A stretch of DNA of 64,000 nucleotides from a virus. A program made the position numbers and the translations under genes. Every line of letters starts with the position of its first letter. The stretch's first letter is position 1. The stretch spans positions 32,001 to 96,000 of the IMG/VR virus record IMGVR_UViG_3300027917_000021; one strand, 5' to 3'. Below the pieces are notes generated by a model. That model did not search any database and was not told the DNA's origin. It saw only the letters and a program-made list of their open reading frames with translations. Shown here piece by piece: positions 55,346 to 64,000 of this stretch.

Positions 55346-56131
55346 ATGGCACAATTTATTGCTTTAAGAGAGGCAAAATATCGTGATGCTGAACCTATCG
55401 CCTTAAAAGGCGCAATAGTTCAAGTTAGAGCATCTGGTGAGCCTTGGGGCGGAGATGAACCTTTTTATTTTATAATGATTGATGTTCCGGCGTTTTCAAT
55501 AGATGCGGTTGTAAATTATTCTCGTCCATATCGTTTGGATTTATCGTGGAACGTTGAGTCTTTTGATGAGAATACAGATACTTATCAGTTACGCATTGAG
55601 GGCAATGCGAACACATCGCAAACCTACGGTCTTTCCCTTGCTCAGATAGAGCATTTTATTACCATGTGGAGCGGAACTGTTTTGAGTAATGGAACAAATT
55701 ATGTTGTTATAGAAGCCAATATTTTAACTGTTCTGACGAGCCGTGGTTTTTGGGATATGGAAACAAACCCTTTATATGATTCTGTTGTGTTTTCTGAATT
55801 GGCTTATGATGTGCCGAGCAGAACACATACAATAGAGATTGATTATTCTGCCATACAGATCAGCCCGACACACATGGAGAGGCTAATGCATCGAAAAGGT
55901 GCAGAGATAGTCAGTCATGCCGATCGTGTTCTTACCGTGAATATGACGAGTGCTGATGCTCGTGCTGCGTTTCAGGACGAAATAAAACGAAGAACGTCTT
56001 CTCTTACTTTATTAAAGACACGTTATTATGTTGATCCGATAGTAGTTGATGAAATAATTGCCGAGGGCGGAACTAGAACCACTACTCCGGCAACCGCTTT
56101 AACATACGTTCGAGATGTGATGAATGACTAA
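55346..56131 (+). CDS. hypothetical structural protein
   Basis: 261 aa; AAGGA RBS; coupled to 56131. Confidence 0.65.
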   Translation: MAQFIALREAKYRDAEPIALKGAIVQVRASGEPWGGDEPFYFIMIDVPAFSIDAVVNYSRPYRLDLSWNVESFDENTDTYQLRIEGNANTSQTYGLSLAQIEHFITMWSGTVLSNGTNYVVIEANILTVLTSRGFWDMETNPLYDSVVFSELAYDVPSRTHTIEIDYSAIQISPTHMERLMHRKGAEIVSHADRVLTVNMTSADARAAFQDEIKRRTSSLTLLKTRYYVDPIVVDEIIAEGGTRTTTPATALTYVRDVMND

Positions 56132-59100
56132 TGGCAAATATCGTAAAGATTATAGACCCCGATGGGGGAACAGGATACAATTATTTAAATCTCGCTACTT
56201 GGTGTGCGGCTGAAGGCACCGATCTTACCTCTGATTTAGACACTCATACCGCAAAATGCCGCAGTACTTCCGGCGGCGCTGATACATACGATGTTGTTGA
56301 CGGAGACGTTTGGGGATCAAACGCCACATATTGGTTGAAGATTTGGTGCGATCCTGCTGAAAGTTACCGTCATGCTGGAGTATGGAATACTTCCAAATAT
56401 AGACTTGATTGTACTGCCGGTGCCTCGGAAACAGTGCGTTGCATTTTATGGGAAACGAGTTTTCAAGATAATCATTTGATTGTTGATGGTCTCCAAATGC
56501 GAATAACGCTGACCGGAAATGCTTATTCTGTGGGATGTTTTGAGTATAACGAGCCTTATGGCACAAATTATTGGGAACTAAAAAATTGTATTATAGTTGG
56601 TGTTAGGGCGGGATATGATCCTGACTATTTTATCGGAGCTGAACCGTATGTTGCTGGTGGCGGTTCCATAGATGGTGGGATTGTCAATAATATTATATAT
56701 GGCTTTACAATTAACACTGGTGAGTATGGCGATGGACTGTGGATAGATGCTACGCCCGCTGACACCGCTTTTGTTATTTACAATAATACCGTAGACGATT
56801 GCGACATAGGGATACATAACGAGTCGGTCAGCGGAGATAGCTGTTATTTTTATAATAATCTTGTTCAGAATTGTGAAACTTGGTGTTATTTTTGGGGCGC
56901 AGCTCCAGCCGGTAATGTCGCCAATCTAAGTGATGATACTACTGGAACAACAGGCTTTCAAGAAAAAACAATTAATTTTGCGGGTGCTGGAGACTATCAT
57001 CTTGATTCGTCTGATACGGATGCCATAGGAACAGCCACTAATTTATATAATGATTCCAGATACCCGTTTCAAACCGATATTGATGGGGATGATAGAGGGG
57101 GTAGCGGTGCTTCTTGGGATATTGGCGCCGATGAATATGTTGTGGGATCAGGTTTAGAACCGATAATAGTTATACCATCTGGAATAAGTGCTATTGCTGC
57201 AAATCAAAATCCAACTGTAAATCTTGGTAGCATTCTATATGAAACCGGTTATATTAATGCAGTAATTAATTCACAAGGCCCTACTACAATACTTGGCAGT
57301 ATTTATTTTTCTCCAAGCCAAATAAATGCTATTACTTCTTCTGTTGACCCTACAACTATTCGCGGAAGTATTTCTACAACTCCATCTGAATTAAATGCTA
57401 TTGCAACCTCTCAGGATCCGAGTACAATATTAGGCTCTACATCTGTAGAACCATCCGATATAAACGCAATAGCAAGTTCTACTGATCCCACAACCATACG
57501 CGGCAGTATATCAACAACTCCTTCTGAATTAAGTTCTATTGTTGCTTCTCAGGCACCAAACACAGTGCTAGGATCTACATCTATAGAACCGGATGGAATA
57601 TACGCAGTAAGTTCATCTAGTGGTCCCGTATTAGTATTTGGTTCTACAATAGCTGATCCAGCAGCAATTTATGCAATAACAGGCACAGTTAATCCTACAA
57701 TTCTTTATGGTTCTATAAACATACAACCAGATGGAATATATGCGGTAAGTTCAACAAGTGGACCAATATTAATTTATGGTTCTACAATAGCTGAACCAGG
57801 TGCTGTTCATACGATAGCAAATACACAGGCACCTTCAGTATTATATGGATCAGTAACTTTTTCTCCTAATTTTATATCTGCGATAGCTACCGGAGCTGAT
57901 CCTACAATTCCTTCAACATCTATCATTGTAACTCCCGACGGTGCATTCGCGCTGGCATCTACTCAAGATCCAACAGTAATATATGGTAGTATTGAATTTG
58001 ATCCTGGATTTGTTAGTACCATCGCTTCAAAAATTGATCCTGGAGTAGTTTTAGGATCCGTATCTGTCGATCCGGCAGTAATTTCTGCAATCGCCGGCGG
58101 TCAAGACCCTACTACAATAAAAGGCTCTATTATTTCTTCACCGGCGACAAGTTCTGCAATAGCAGAAACTCAAGCTCCAACTACAATAAAAGGATCTATA
58201 ATTGCTACTCCGGATGGCAGTTTTACAATAGCAAGTACGTTAAATCCAAGTATTATTTTAGGATCATTGTCATTTGAACCTACAGCCACGTCTGCTATTA
58301 CAAATTCTCTTGGACCATCAATTATTTATGGATCAACCTTTGTACAACCAGATGGCAGTTATGCAATTACATCTACAATAGATCCTATAACTATTCGTGG
58401 GTCCTTAGAATTAACTCCTGCCGGGGCAGATGTAATAAGTTCTACTATTGGTCCAGAAATATTTTTAAATTCTACTATAGCTATTGTAATACCTGTATCC
58501 GCCCAAGTTCTTACACTTGACCCATCAGTTGAAGCTGGCGGATCAATATTAATTATTCCTGATCCTAGTTTTGCATATGCTGATACTAATATTGGTGCAA
58601 TAGAATTAGGGTCAATGATTGTACAGCCAGACGGTACTTATGCGATAACATCCAAAATAGATCCAACTATTATTCTTGGCTCGTTAATTCTGGATTCTGG
58701 AGTTGGTGCTGCAATTACAAGTTCTTATGGCCCAACTACCATTTTAGGATCTACTGAAGTTCAACCAGATGGCACATATGCGATTACTGCAAGCGTTAGT
58801 CCTACAATTACATTAGGTTCTATTGATCTTACTCCTGCTGGCGTTGAGGCAATAAGTTCCACAATAGGTCCGGAAGTATTTCTTAGTTCTAGTATAGCCA
58901 TAGTAAGTCCGGCGACGGCAATAGCGACTGGTATTGACCCATCTGTAGAGGCAGGAGGATCTTTATTGATTCTTCCAAGTCCAGGAACTGTTTTAGCAAA
59001 CACTGCTTTAGGTGCAGTTGTGCTTGGTTCTACGATTGCACAACCAGATGGAAGTTATGCAATTGCTTCAAAATCTGACCCTTCTATTATTTTAGGTTCT

Positions 59101-60012
59101 TTGACATTAACAGACTATGCATTTGCACGAACAGTTTCGCTTGACCCTCAAACAATATTAGGTTCTATAAATGTACAACCTATTACTGCAACTACAATCA
59201 GTTTAGCATCTATAGAAGGTGTCGAACTTAGTTCAGTAACTGTTTCTCCGGATTATTCCAATGCGGTAGTGCTTACTGTTGATCCGTTTATTTCAGAAGG
59301 TACGCTTACTGTTATGCCGGTCCCTGGAAGTGTTATTGCAAGTGCGGCAGATCCAAGTTCAATATTAGGCTCTATAGTTTTTAGCCCAGAAGAGACCAGT
59401 GCAATTGCTGACATAATTGATCCTTCAATTGAATTAGGATCAACACAATTTAGTCCAGCAGCTGTAAATGCTATATCTAAAGTATTGGGCCCGACAGTTA
59501 TACTTGGCTCATTAAATTTAAGTCCATCTGCTGCACAAGCAATTACAGATGTGATTAATCCTGAAGTTCATGGATATTACGGAATAATAATTGTTCCAGC
59601 AGCAATTAACGCAATAACAGAAGCACAAGGTCCTACTACAATACTTGGATCTATAATCATAACTCCTGATGGATCCTATACTGTAGCACAAACATTAGGC
59701 GCCACTATACTTTATAGTGGTATTGAAGAAACCATTTGCATTCGAGGCGGAGATGGCTTATCTTTAGTTACTGAAGGTTTCTTAATACCTTGCCGTGGCA
59801 GAACAGAAATAGTTCCGGTAATGGTTAGAGTAACATCTATTGAGGGTAAAGTAAATGCTGAAACAAATGTTAAGGCATTATTAAAATCTTCTGCAGAAAT
59901 TAGTGGCGAAGTTGGAAGATATAAAATTATTTTAGGAAAAAAGAAAGTTCCAAGCAGAGTGAAAGTAAAAATTACTGAATCTGAAACTATAAAAGGTAAG
60001 GTAACTAAATGA
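56131..60012 (+). CDS. large fibre/appendage: beta-helix head plus Ser/Thr/Pro-rich 23-aa repeat stalk
   Basis: NCII/NNII/YNNT/YNNL beta-helix, DYHL..DIDG.DR..WDIGADE cap; >30 repeats LGS...P....AI.....P.II. Confidence 0.75.
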   Translation: MANIVKIIDPDGGTGYNYLNLATWCAAEGTDLTSDLDTHTAKCRSTSGGADTYDVVDGDVWGSNATYWLKIWCDPAESYRHAGVWNTSKYRLDCTAGASETVRCILWETSFQDNHLIVDGLQMRITLTGNAYSVGCFEYNEPYGTNYWELKNCIIVGVRAGYDPDYFIGAEPYVAGGGSIDGGIVNNIIYGFTINTGEYGDGLWIDATPADTAFVIYNNTVDDCDIGIHNESVSGDSCYFYNNLVQNCETWCYFWGAAPAGNVANLSDDTTGTTGFQEKTINFAGAGDYHLDSSDTDAIGTATNLYNDSRYPFQTDIDGDDRGGSGASWDIGADEYVVGSGLEPIIVIPSGISAIAANQNPTVNLGSILYETGYINAVINSQGPTTILGSIYFSPSQINAITSSVDPTTIRGSISTTPSELNAIATSQDPSTILGSTSVEPSDINAIASSTDPTTIRGSISTTPSELSSIVASQAPNTVLGSTSIEPDGIYAVSSSSGPVLVFGSTIADPAAIYAITGTVNPTILYGSINIQPDGIYAVSSTSGPILIYGSTIAEPGAVHTIANTQAPSVLYGSVTFSPNFISAIATGADPTIPSTSIIVTPDGAFALASTQDPTVIYGSIEFDPGFVSTIASKIDPGVVLGSVSVDPAVISAIAGGQDPTTIKGSIISSPATSSAIAETQAPTTIKGSIIATPDGSFTIASTLNPSIILGSLSFEPTATSAITNSLGPSIIYGSTFVQPDGSYAITSTIDPITIRGSLELTPAGADVISSTIGPEIFLNSTIAIVIPVSAQVLTLDPSVEAGGSILIIPDPSFAYADTNIGAIELGSMIVQPDGTYAITSKIDPTIILGSLILDSGVGAAITSSYGPTTILGSTEVQPDGTYAITASVSPTITLGSIDLTPAGVEAISSTIGPEVFLSSSIAIVSPATAIATGIDPSVEAGGSLLILPSPGTVLANTALGAVVLGSTIAQPDGSYAIASKSDPSIILGSLTLTDYAFARTVSLDPQTILGSINVQPITATTISLASIEGVELSSVTVSPDYSNAVVLTVDPFISEGTLTVMPVPGSVIASAADPSSILGSIVFSPEETSAIADIIDPSIELGSTQFSPAAVNAISKVLGPTVILGSLNLSPSAAQAITDVINPEVHGYYGIIIVPAAINAITEAQGPTTILGSIIITPDGSYTVAQTLGATILYSGIEETICIRGGDGLSLVTEGFLIPCRGRTEIVPVMVRVTSIEGKVNAETNVKALLKSSAEISGEVGRYKIILGKKKVPSRVKVKITESETIKGKVTK

Positions 60013-60776
60013 ATTTAAGCATATACAAAGGCAATGATAAAACCTTTGAAATAGAAGTAACAGACCAGGACGATGAAATTATTAATTTGAGTGGTGGACA
60101 ATTATTTGTAAATGTTACCGATTGGCAGGAAAACTCAAAAATTACAAAATCTAGCACCGACCCGACTCAAATAGAAATAACAGATCCGGAAGCTGGATTA
60201 GCACAAATACATTTTGTTCCTACTGACACGTCGTCTCTTGCTTCTGACATTTATGTTGTTTATATTAATTATATTAACTACGAGGGAAAGACTTATACTA
60301 TTTCTCAAGGTGAGTTTCAAATCTTAGATTTGGGAACTATCTCTTATATAAGAAACAGAATAAGAAATTTCAATGGAGACAAAGAAGAATTAAACGTACT
60401 TATTAGAGCATTAGAAACAACAGATGAAGAAATGAATGATTACATACAAAAGGCGGTTGATTTGTTTAACAGCCTTGGGTATACAACCTCATATACTTTA
60501 TCTGATTATCCTAATAAGGGAAATTTAATAGAGGGCACAGTAATCCAAATTTTGATGGGCAAAGGTATATTATCAGCAAGAAATATGCTTACTTATCGGG
60601 ATGAAGGAGGTATAACTGTACAAGATTTTGACACATATGGTCGGTATATTAATTTGTTTAATGTTTATATTAATCGATATATGCAGCAAGCAATGGATAT
60701 TAAAAGAAGTCTTAATGTAGATGGTGCATATGGAAGCATTGAAAGCCCAATGAATTATGTAGATATCTGGTATTAA
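60009..60776 (+). CDS. BppU-like domain plus putative head-tail adaptor
   Basis: IYKGNDKTFEIEV...G.....PTDT..L...Y; helical C-terminal adaptor-like domain with GGITV. Confidence 0.6.
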   Translation: MNLSIYKGNDKTFEIEVTDQDDEIINLSGGQLFVNVTDWQENSKITKSSTDPTQIEITDPEAGLAQIHFVPTDTSSLASDIYVVYINYINYEGKTYTISQGEFQILDLGTISYIRNRIRNFNGDKEELNVLIRALETTDEEMNDYIQKAVDLFNSLGYTTSYTLSDYPNKGNLIEGTVIQILMGKGILSARNMLTYRDEGGITVQDFDTYGRYINLFNVYINRYMQQAMDIKRSLNVDGAYGSIESPMNYVDIWY

Positions 60777-60779
60777 TAA

Positions 60780-63269
60780 ATGATTACATTAGAAAATGTT
60801 ACAGTAGATACTTTAGGACTGGGCAACAGAAGAATACAATGGGAAGTAGTTCCGACACACGAAGATCTTAACCTATTTTTGTTGGATGTATATCGTGCGG
60901 AAGCTCCCGGGGCATTGTCAGAATTTGACCTGGTTGTATCAGGTTTATCTGTTCTCGATGGTACGTATATTGATAGTGGACTGCAAAGAATGGATTATTC
61001 TACAAACCGACAGATATACTATTACCTAAATGTATTAGACACAGGTACCGCGGAAACATCACTCGAAGGTCCATATGTGATGGAATCTGAGCCGGATTAT
61101 GCTTCTAATGAAATACTTCGTCGCTATGGCATTTTCTTTGACAATCCACGCTATCAGGTTCGTACATTTTATGTATTAAAGAAACGTACCTGGGGAAATC
61201 AATGCTCATGCATCGATGATGTAACACAGGAACCTAGAAACGAAAATTGTACTATATGCTATGGTACAGGTATAGTAGGCGGTTATTTTAATCCAATTGC
61301 TGTTCGAGGAATGCGTTCAGACAAGCCAAGTCGCCAAATGATAAACCTGTTTGGAGCATGGCAGGACACTAATGTATTTTTCAAACTGGAAAATACCGTT
61401 AAGGTAATTCCCGGTGATTATATTGTCGACGAACATAATGAAAGATATCTGATCGAAGGGCCTGTAAATCACCTACAAAAGGGTATTTATACCTTGATGA
61501 GTAATGTTCGTGCCAAAACTGTGTCAAAATCAGATCCGATATATCGGTATGGTATGATTGAAGAACTTGGTGGAACCGAGGAAGAGATTATTATAAGCGG
61601 TAATGAAATAGCGGTATTTAATGGGACATCCTCCTATATGGAAATTATAGACAATGATTTATTGTCTTTTTTAAATGGGTCGTTTAGTATTACTGGATGG
61701 TTTGAATTAAATAATGCTCCTCCCGGACCATCAATTTCAGAAACAATAAGTCAAACGGTTTGCGATGATGAAGGTTTATATGAAGCAGAATCCATTACTT
61801 TATCAAATGGCAATGTTTTTATGGCATATTCAGATTACACAAATATTTATGCTTCCTACAACATTATTACACAAAGTGGAACTGAAGTAACTGGTCCAAT
61901 AGTATTGGAAAACACTATGGGCAGTGTATTTAGTGTTACCCAATTAACCAATAATAATATATTTATATGTTATGCATCAGGACCAGACAGTTCAAAACCT
62001 GCCAAGTATGCCTTAGTAGATGAATCTGGAACTTTGCTGGCTGGTCCCATAGCAGTCCCAGGAATTACATATTCCAATTATTTTGGTTGCACTAAAACAA
62101 ATAATGGAAATATTTTTGTAGTATATTCAGACCCCGATGATGGAAATAAAGGGAAATTTATAATTTTAGATAATTCAATTAATTTAATTTTTGGCCCAAC
62201 TACCTTCCATTCCAATGTAACATATTATCAGAGAGTATCTTTATTACAAAATGGTAATATATTTTTAAGTTATTCTAACCAATCGGATAATCGTGGAGAA
62301 TTTGTAATTTATTCTCAAGCCGGAGCACTTATTAAATCTGCTACTATTTTTGAAACAAATCCTGTTTATGATTTATGGAGTTCAATATTAGTAGGAGGAA
62401 ATATAATTATAGTATATGGAACTACATCAGATTCATCTGGTAAATTTACCATATATGATGAAAACGGAAATATAATAAAAACCCCAACTACCTTTGAATC
62501 AGGAGGAGCATCTTATTATAATTCTGTAGCGCCTACATTAGATGATCGAGCTGTTATAGTATATCAAAATCCTTCTAGTTATTATACATCATGTGTAATA
62601 GTTGATAGTGAAGGAACCATAACACAAAGTTCTTTTAATATTAATACTAATGAAACTTATGATTCACATATAACTCTGCTTGGAAATGGAAATGTAATGA
62701 TACTTTATGATGTGTATGATGGAGTAGATACGGCAATTTTACAAGTTTATGATGTAATAGGACAATATCAACCACTATTAGTGAAAGACGATAAATCATT
62801 GAATCATGAATGGATATTAGTATATGATAATTCAGGCAACATACATATTCGCATAATTGGTTCAAACAATAATTTTATAGGTAAATATTATAATTATCCA
62901 ATAAATGGAGAACTTCATCATTATGCAATTACATATAATGGTAATAATTCCTCAGACGGAATTAATTTATATATAGATAATAATTTAGTTCAGTCAATAC
63001 CAAATAATTTAGGAATATATACACCACCAATTAATACAAGTTTAAATGTGTTTATTGGAAAATGGGCAAATTCTTTTTTTGCTGGAAAAGCACGAGATAT
63101 TAAAATATTTAATAAGGCATTATCAAGTGCAGATATAAATCAAGAATATGCCCTGGGAAATTATAGAGTTGGAATAGTTGCAAATTACAAATTACACGAA
63201 GACACAAATGATTATGGAAGATATAGTTTACACGGTATAAACACAGATATAATATTTACACAGGAATAA
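60780..63269 (+). CDS. neck/head-closure-like protein fused to LamG-like domain with propeller-like repeat insertion
   Basis: CSC..CTICYGTG..GGY; FNGTSSY..FSITGW and HHYAITY..LYID..IGK..F.G.....IFNKALS (LamG); LxNGN.F..Y repeats. Confidence 0.6.
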   Translation: MITLENVTVDTLGLGNRRIQWEVVPTHEDLNLFLLDVYRAEAPGALSEFDLVVSGLSVLDGTYIDSGLQRMDYSTNRQIYYYLNVLDTGTAETSLEGPYVMESEPDYASNEILRRYGIFFDNPRYQVRTFYVLKKRTWGNQCSCIDDVTQEPRNENCTICYGTGIVGGYFNPIAVRGMRSDKPSRQMINLFGAWQDTNVFFKLENTVKVIPGDYIVDEHNERYLIEGPVNHLQKGIYTLMSNVRAKTVSKSDPIYRYGMIEELGGTEEEIIISGNEIAVFNGTSSYMEIIDNDLLSFLNGSFSITGWFELNNAPPGPSISETISQTVCDDEGLYEAESITLSNGNVFMAYSDYTNIYASYNIITQSGTEVTGPIVLENTMGSVFSVTQLTNNNIFICYASGPDSSKPAKYALVDESGTLLAGPIAVPGITYSNYFGCTKTNNGNIFVVYSDPDDGNKGKFIILDNSINLIFGPTTFHSNVTYYQRVSLLQNGNIFLSYSNQSDNRGEFVIYSQAGALIKSATIFETNPVYDLWSSILVGGNIIIVYGTTSDSSGKFTIYDENGNIIKTPTTFESGGASYYNSVAPTLDDRAVIVYQNPSSYYTSCVIVDSEGTITQSSFNINTNETYDSHITLLGNGNVMILYDVYDGVDTAILQVYDVIGQYQPLLVKDDKSLNHEWILVYDNSGNIHIRIIGSNNNFIGKYYNYPINGELHHYAITYNGNNSSDGINLYIDNNLVQSIPNNLGIYTPPINTSLNVFIGKWANSFFAGKARDIKIFNKALSSADINQEYALGNYRVGIVANYKLHEDTNDYGRYSLHGINTDIIFTQE

Positions 63270-63273
63270 ATCA

Positions 63274-63672
63274 ATGAAATATTTTGAAAAAAATGCAGAT
63301 ATACAATATGCCTTGAAAGGAATGGTCAAGGGATTTAAAGCTGGAACAATGGATTTAGCTACCGCAGCAGATAGAATTAAGAGGTTAGCTGAAAGAAAAA
63401 AGAATTTAATGCAATATATAGACTTAAATCCAAATGTATTTGATCAAAATCCTGCCATGGTAGATAAAGTACATCGTTATTCTAAAATGCTTGTTGGAAG
63501 TAATATGTTATATAATAAAAGGCAGGTTGACCTACTTAAGTTAGGTGCAGCACCAGTGCATCCTATGCAAGGCACACTGCTGAATGTGCAAACAAGAGAA
63601 TCACAAACAAAATACAACTCTAAAGTTTTAGGTAAAAAAAGAGCTGACATTTTAGTACCACTATGGCGTTAA
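63274..63672 (+). CDS. MKYFEKNA-tagged protein
   Basis: Same tag, about 22 kb from the nearest other member. Confidence 0.75.
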   Translation: MKYFEKNADIQYALKGMVKGFKAGTMDLATAADRIKRLAERKKNLMQYIDLNPNVFDQNPAMVDKVHRYSKMLVGSNMLYNKRQVDLLKLGAAPVHPMQGTLLNVQTRESQTKYNSKVLGKKRADILVPLWR

Positions 63673-64000
63673 AAGAATACATTCTGAATAATTTTCAATA
63701 TCTTATAGAAAATAATCCGGATGGTATTGTAATACATTCAGATGGTATCATAAGATATGCAAATAAAAGTATTCTTACTATATTTGGTGCTTCATCGGCT
63801 GATGAAATTATAGGTAGAAATATTTTTGATTTCATACAACCGGATTATCATGAAGCTGCAAAAATACGTATTGCCAAAGCACTAAACAATATGGAACCCG
63901 CTCCACTAGCAGAATATGAAGCAATAAAATTAGATGGAGCAAAAATATATATAGAAATACTTTCAATACCTTTTATGAGAGGAGAAGCTAAGGCATTACA
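63663..64000 (+). CDS. PAS (S-box) domain protein, 3' truncated
   Basis: Hand translation FQYLIENNPDGIVIHSDGIIRYAN...FG....EIIGRNIFDFIQPDY...KLDG..IYIE. Confidence 0.85.
   Translation, partial: MALKEYILNNFQYLIENNPDGIVIHSDGIIRYANKSILTIFGASSADEIIGRNIFDFIQPDYHEAAKIRIAKALNNMEPAPLAEYEAIKLDGAKIYIEILSIPFMRGEAKAL

Noticed and set aside
53203-60012. Diversity-generating retroelement TR/VR pair
   Set aside because: Repeats are in-frame protein repeats with synonymous divergence, not adenine-specific; no reverse transcriptase in window
1-64000. Stop-codon reassignment
   Set aside because: Conserved genes (gmd, terL, MCP, helicase) are intact in code 11, and TAA, TAG and TGA all terminate genes

Overview
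AT-rich segment of a large tailed dsDNA bacteriophage genome (Caudoviricetes, standard code 11). There are no host housekeeping genes, rRNA, tRNA or CRISPR. Layout: (1) 1-4.7 kb: dense minus-strand small ORFs, several sharing an N-terminal (K/R)-x-RFFNxPY motif. (2) 4.7-15.9 kb: a plus-strand glycan biosynthesis operon (GT2s, gmd, NDP-sugar C-methyltransferase, GDP-mannose 3,5-epimerase-like enzyme, two B12-dependent radical SAM enzymes, STELLO-like and GT9-like proteins, DUF4254), with three more GT genes at 27.5-31.6 kb. (3) 16-31 kb: accessory genes (membrane and secreted proteins, Lar, DUF1737, DUF5320, HNH, DUF5662) and several candidate structured ncRNAs. (4) 32-48.5 kb: head module with gpA-like terminase, HK97/assemblin-type prohead protease, scaffold-like proteins, decoration protein and major capsid protein. 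(5) 49-63.3 kb: tail, neck and appendage proteins, then a truncated PAS protein. The standout signal is a probable virion cargo-addressing system. Eleven otherwise mostly unrelated ORFs or modules begin with M-K-Y-F-E-K-x-(A/S), including an SF2/SNF2-like helicase, two HExxH metallopeptidases, a DUF5662 HD-like protein and glycine-zipper membrane peptides. The same (E/T)-K-x-A motif saturates the protease, scaffold and capsid N-terminus, suggesting a capsid-targeting tag removed by the prohead protease. A second signal is a strictly strand-partitioned two-promoter system: GGNATAAGAnnnnT (15 copies, all minus strand) versus TTGACA-N17-TATATT (plus strand, often leaderless). All functional calls rest on motif recognition by eye; no searches were run.
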